This document shows positions 63,405-64,000 of a DNA stretch of 64,000 nt, piece by piece. Each line of letters begins with the position of its first letter. Within the stretch, counting starts at the first letter, position 1. Source of the stretch: Sphyrna mokarran (Eukaryota); NCBI GenBank assembly GCA_024679065.1, contig JAGIQG010000008.1, forward strand, positions 96,844,001 to 96,908,000, read 5' to 3'. The notes beneath the pieces were generated by a model. It saw only the letters and a program-made list of their open reading frames with translations, was not told where the DNA came from and made no database searches. The position numbers were made by a program, and so were the translations under genes.

Positions 63405-63745
63405 TTAACATTGGCCGGTCTCAGTATGATAATTCCTGGTTTCCTGTTACTCTTTTCATCACAAATGACAGAGTCATTATGGCACAGAAGGCGGTCATTC
63501 CCCTATCAAATCCTGGCTGGCTGTCTGTAGAGCAACCCAATCAGTCTCCTTTGCCTGCTCTATGTCTGTGGCTCTGCATGTTTATTCCCATTTGCCCATT
63601 CAATTCCCTTTTCAAATCATTTATTACCCTCATTGCGGGTTATTATGACCCGCTGTGTCAAATAACTGTCCTTCACTTTCCCTCTTCGATTCTTGGCTCA
63701 ATCTTAAATGTGTCAGCCAGCTCTTGTAGCATCAGCCTTTATTAA
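63405..63745 (+). CDS. Candidate exon 4 of the B7-H6-like gene, reading into an antisense LINE tail
   Basis: Acceptor ttgctttgtttctCTAACattggtttcAG; the phase-1 join gives VNIGRSQYDNSWFPVTLFIT.., open to a stop at 63745. Confidence 0.35.
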
Positions 63746-64000
63746 ATCTATGTGGAGTGGGTGGGTGTCATTTTCAGCTCACATCCATCATCAGACATAA
63801 TGGTGACAAGGATGGAAAACTTTGAGAATTGGGAAACATGATTCACTCCAAAGAGATCACATTTCCCAATTTTCTACATCCCTCGCCAGTGACGTCACGA
63901 GGTTAACTCCACGATAGGATGAGAACCTCATTTTAATGGCTTTAAATAAATTTTATTACAATTACCCAGCCCCCAACATGATTCTATCCTCACAATATTC

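Overview
Vertebrate genomic DNA, almost certainly elasmobranch (shark/ray), judged by the HE1-type and SacSINE1-type SINEs, abundant CR1 LINEs, Penelope-like and PIF/Harbinger elements. It holds two immune-related components arranged head-to-head. (1) From ~1.4 to 45.6 kb lies a minus-strand graveyard of repeatedly duplicated, decayed TLR7/8-like Toll-like receptor sequence (LRR, LRR-CT, TM and TIR remnants). It is invisible in the ORF track and was recognised only by stitching frames by hand. One TLR-derived segment, fused to LTR and Penelope fragments, was recently amplified into a ~1.41-kb tandem array (~8.8-21.6 kb). Eight consecutive units that retain the segment carry an open, symmetric phase-1 AG..GT cassette (93 nt; one 87 nt) on the strand antisense to the old TLR, a candidate exonised repeat. 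(2) From 47.8 kb to the end lies a plus-strand B7-H6 (NCR3LG1)-like gene: leader, IgV and IgC1 exons plus a candidate exon 4 reading into an antisense LINE. It has an ISRE-like promoter element, and a stray copy of part of its own V exon sits inside an intronic CR1. Protein comparisons were made by eye against remembered human sequences, and repeat boundaries are approximate.
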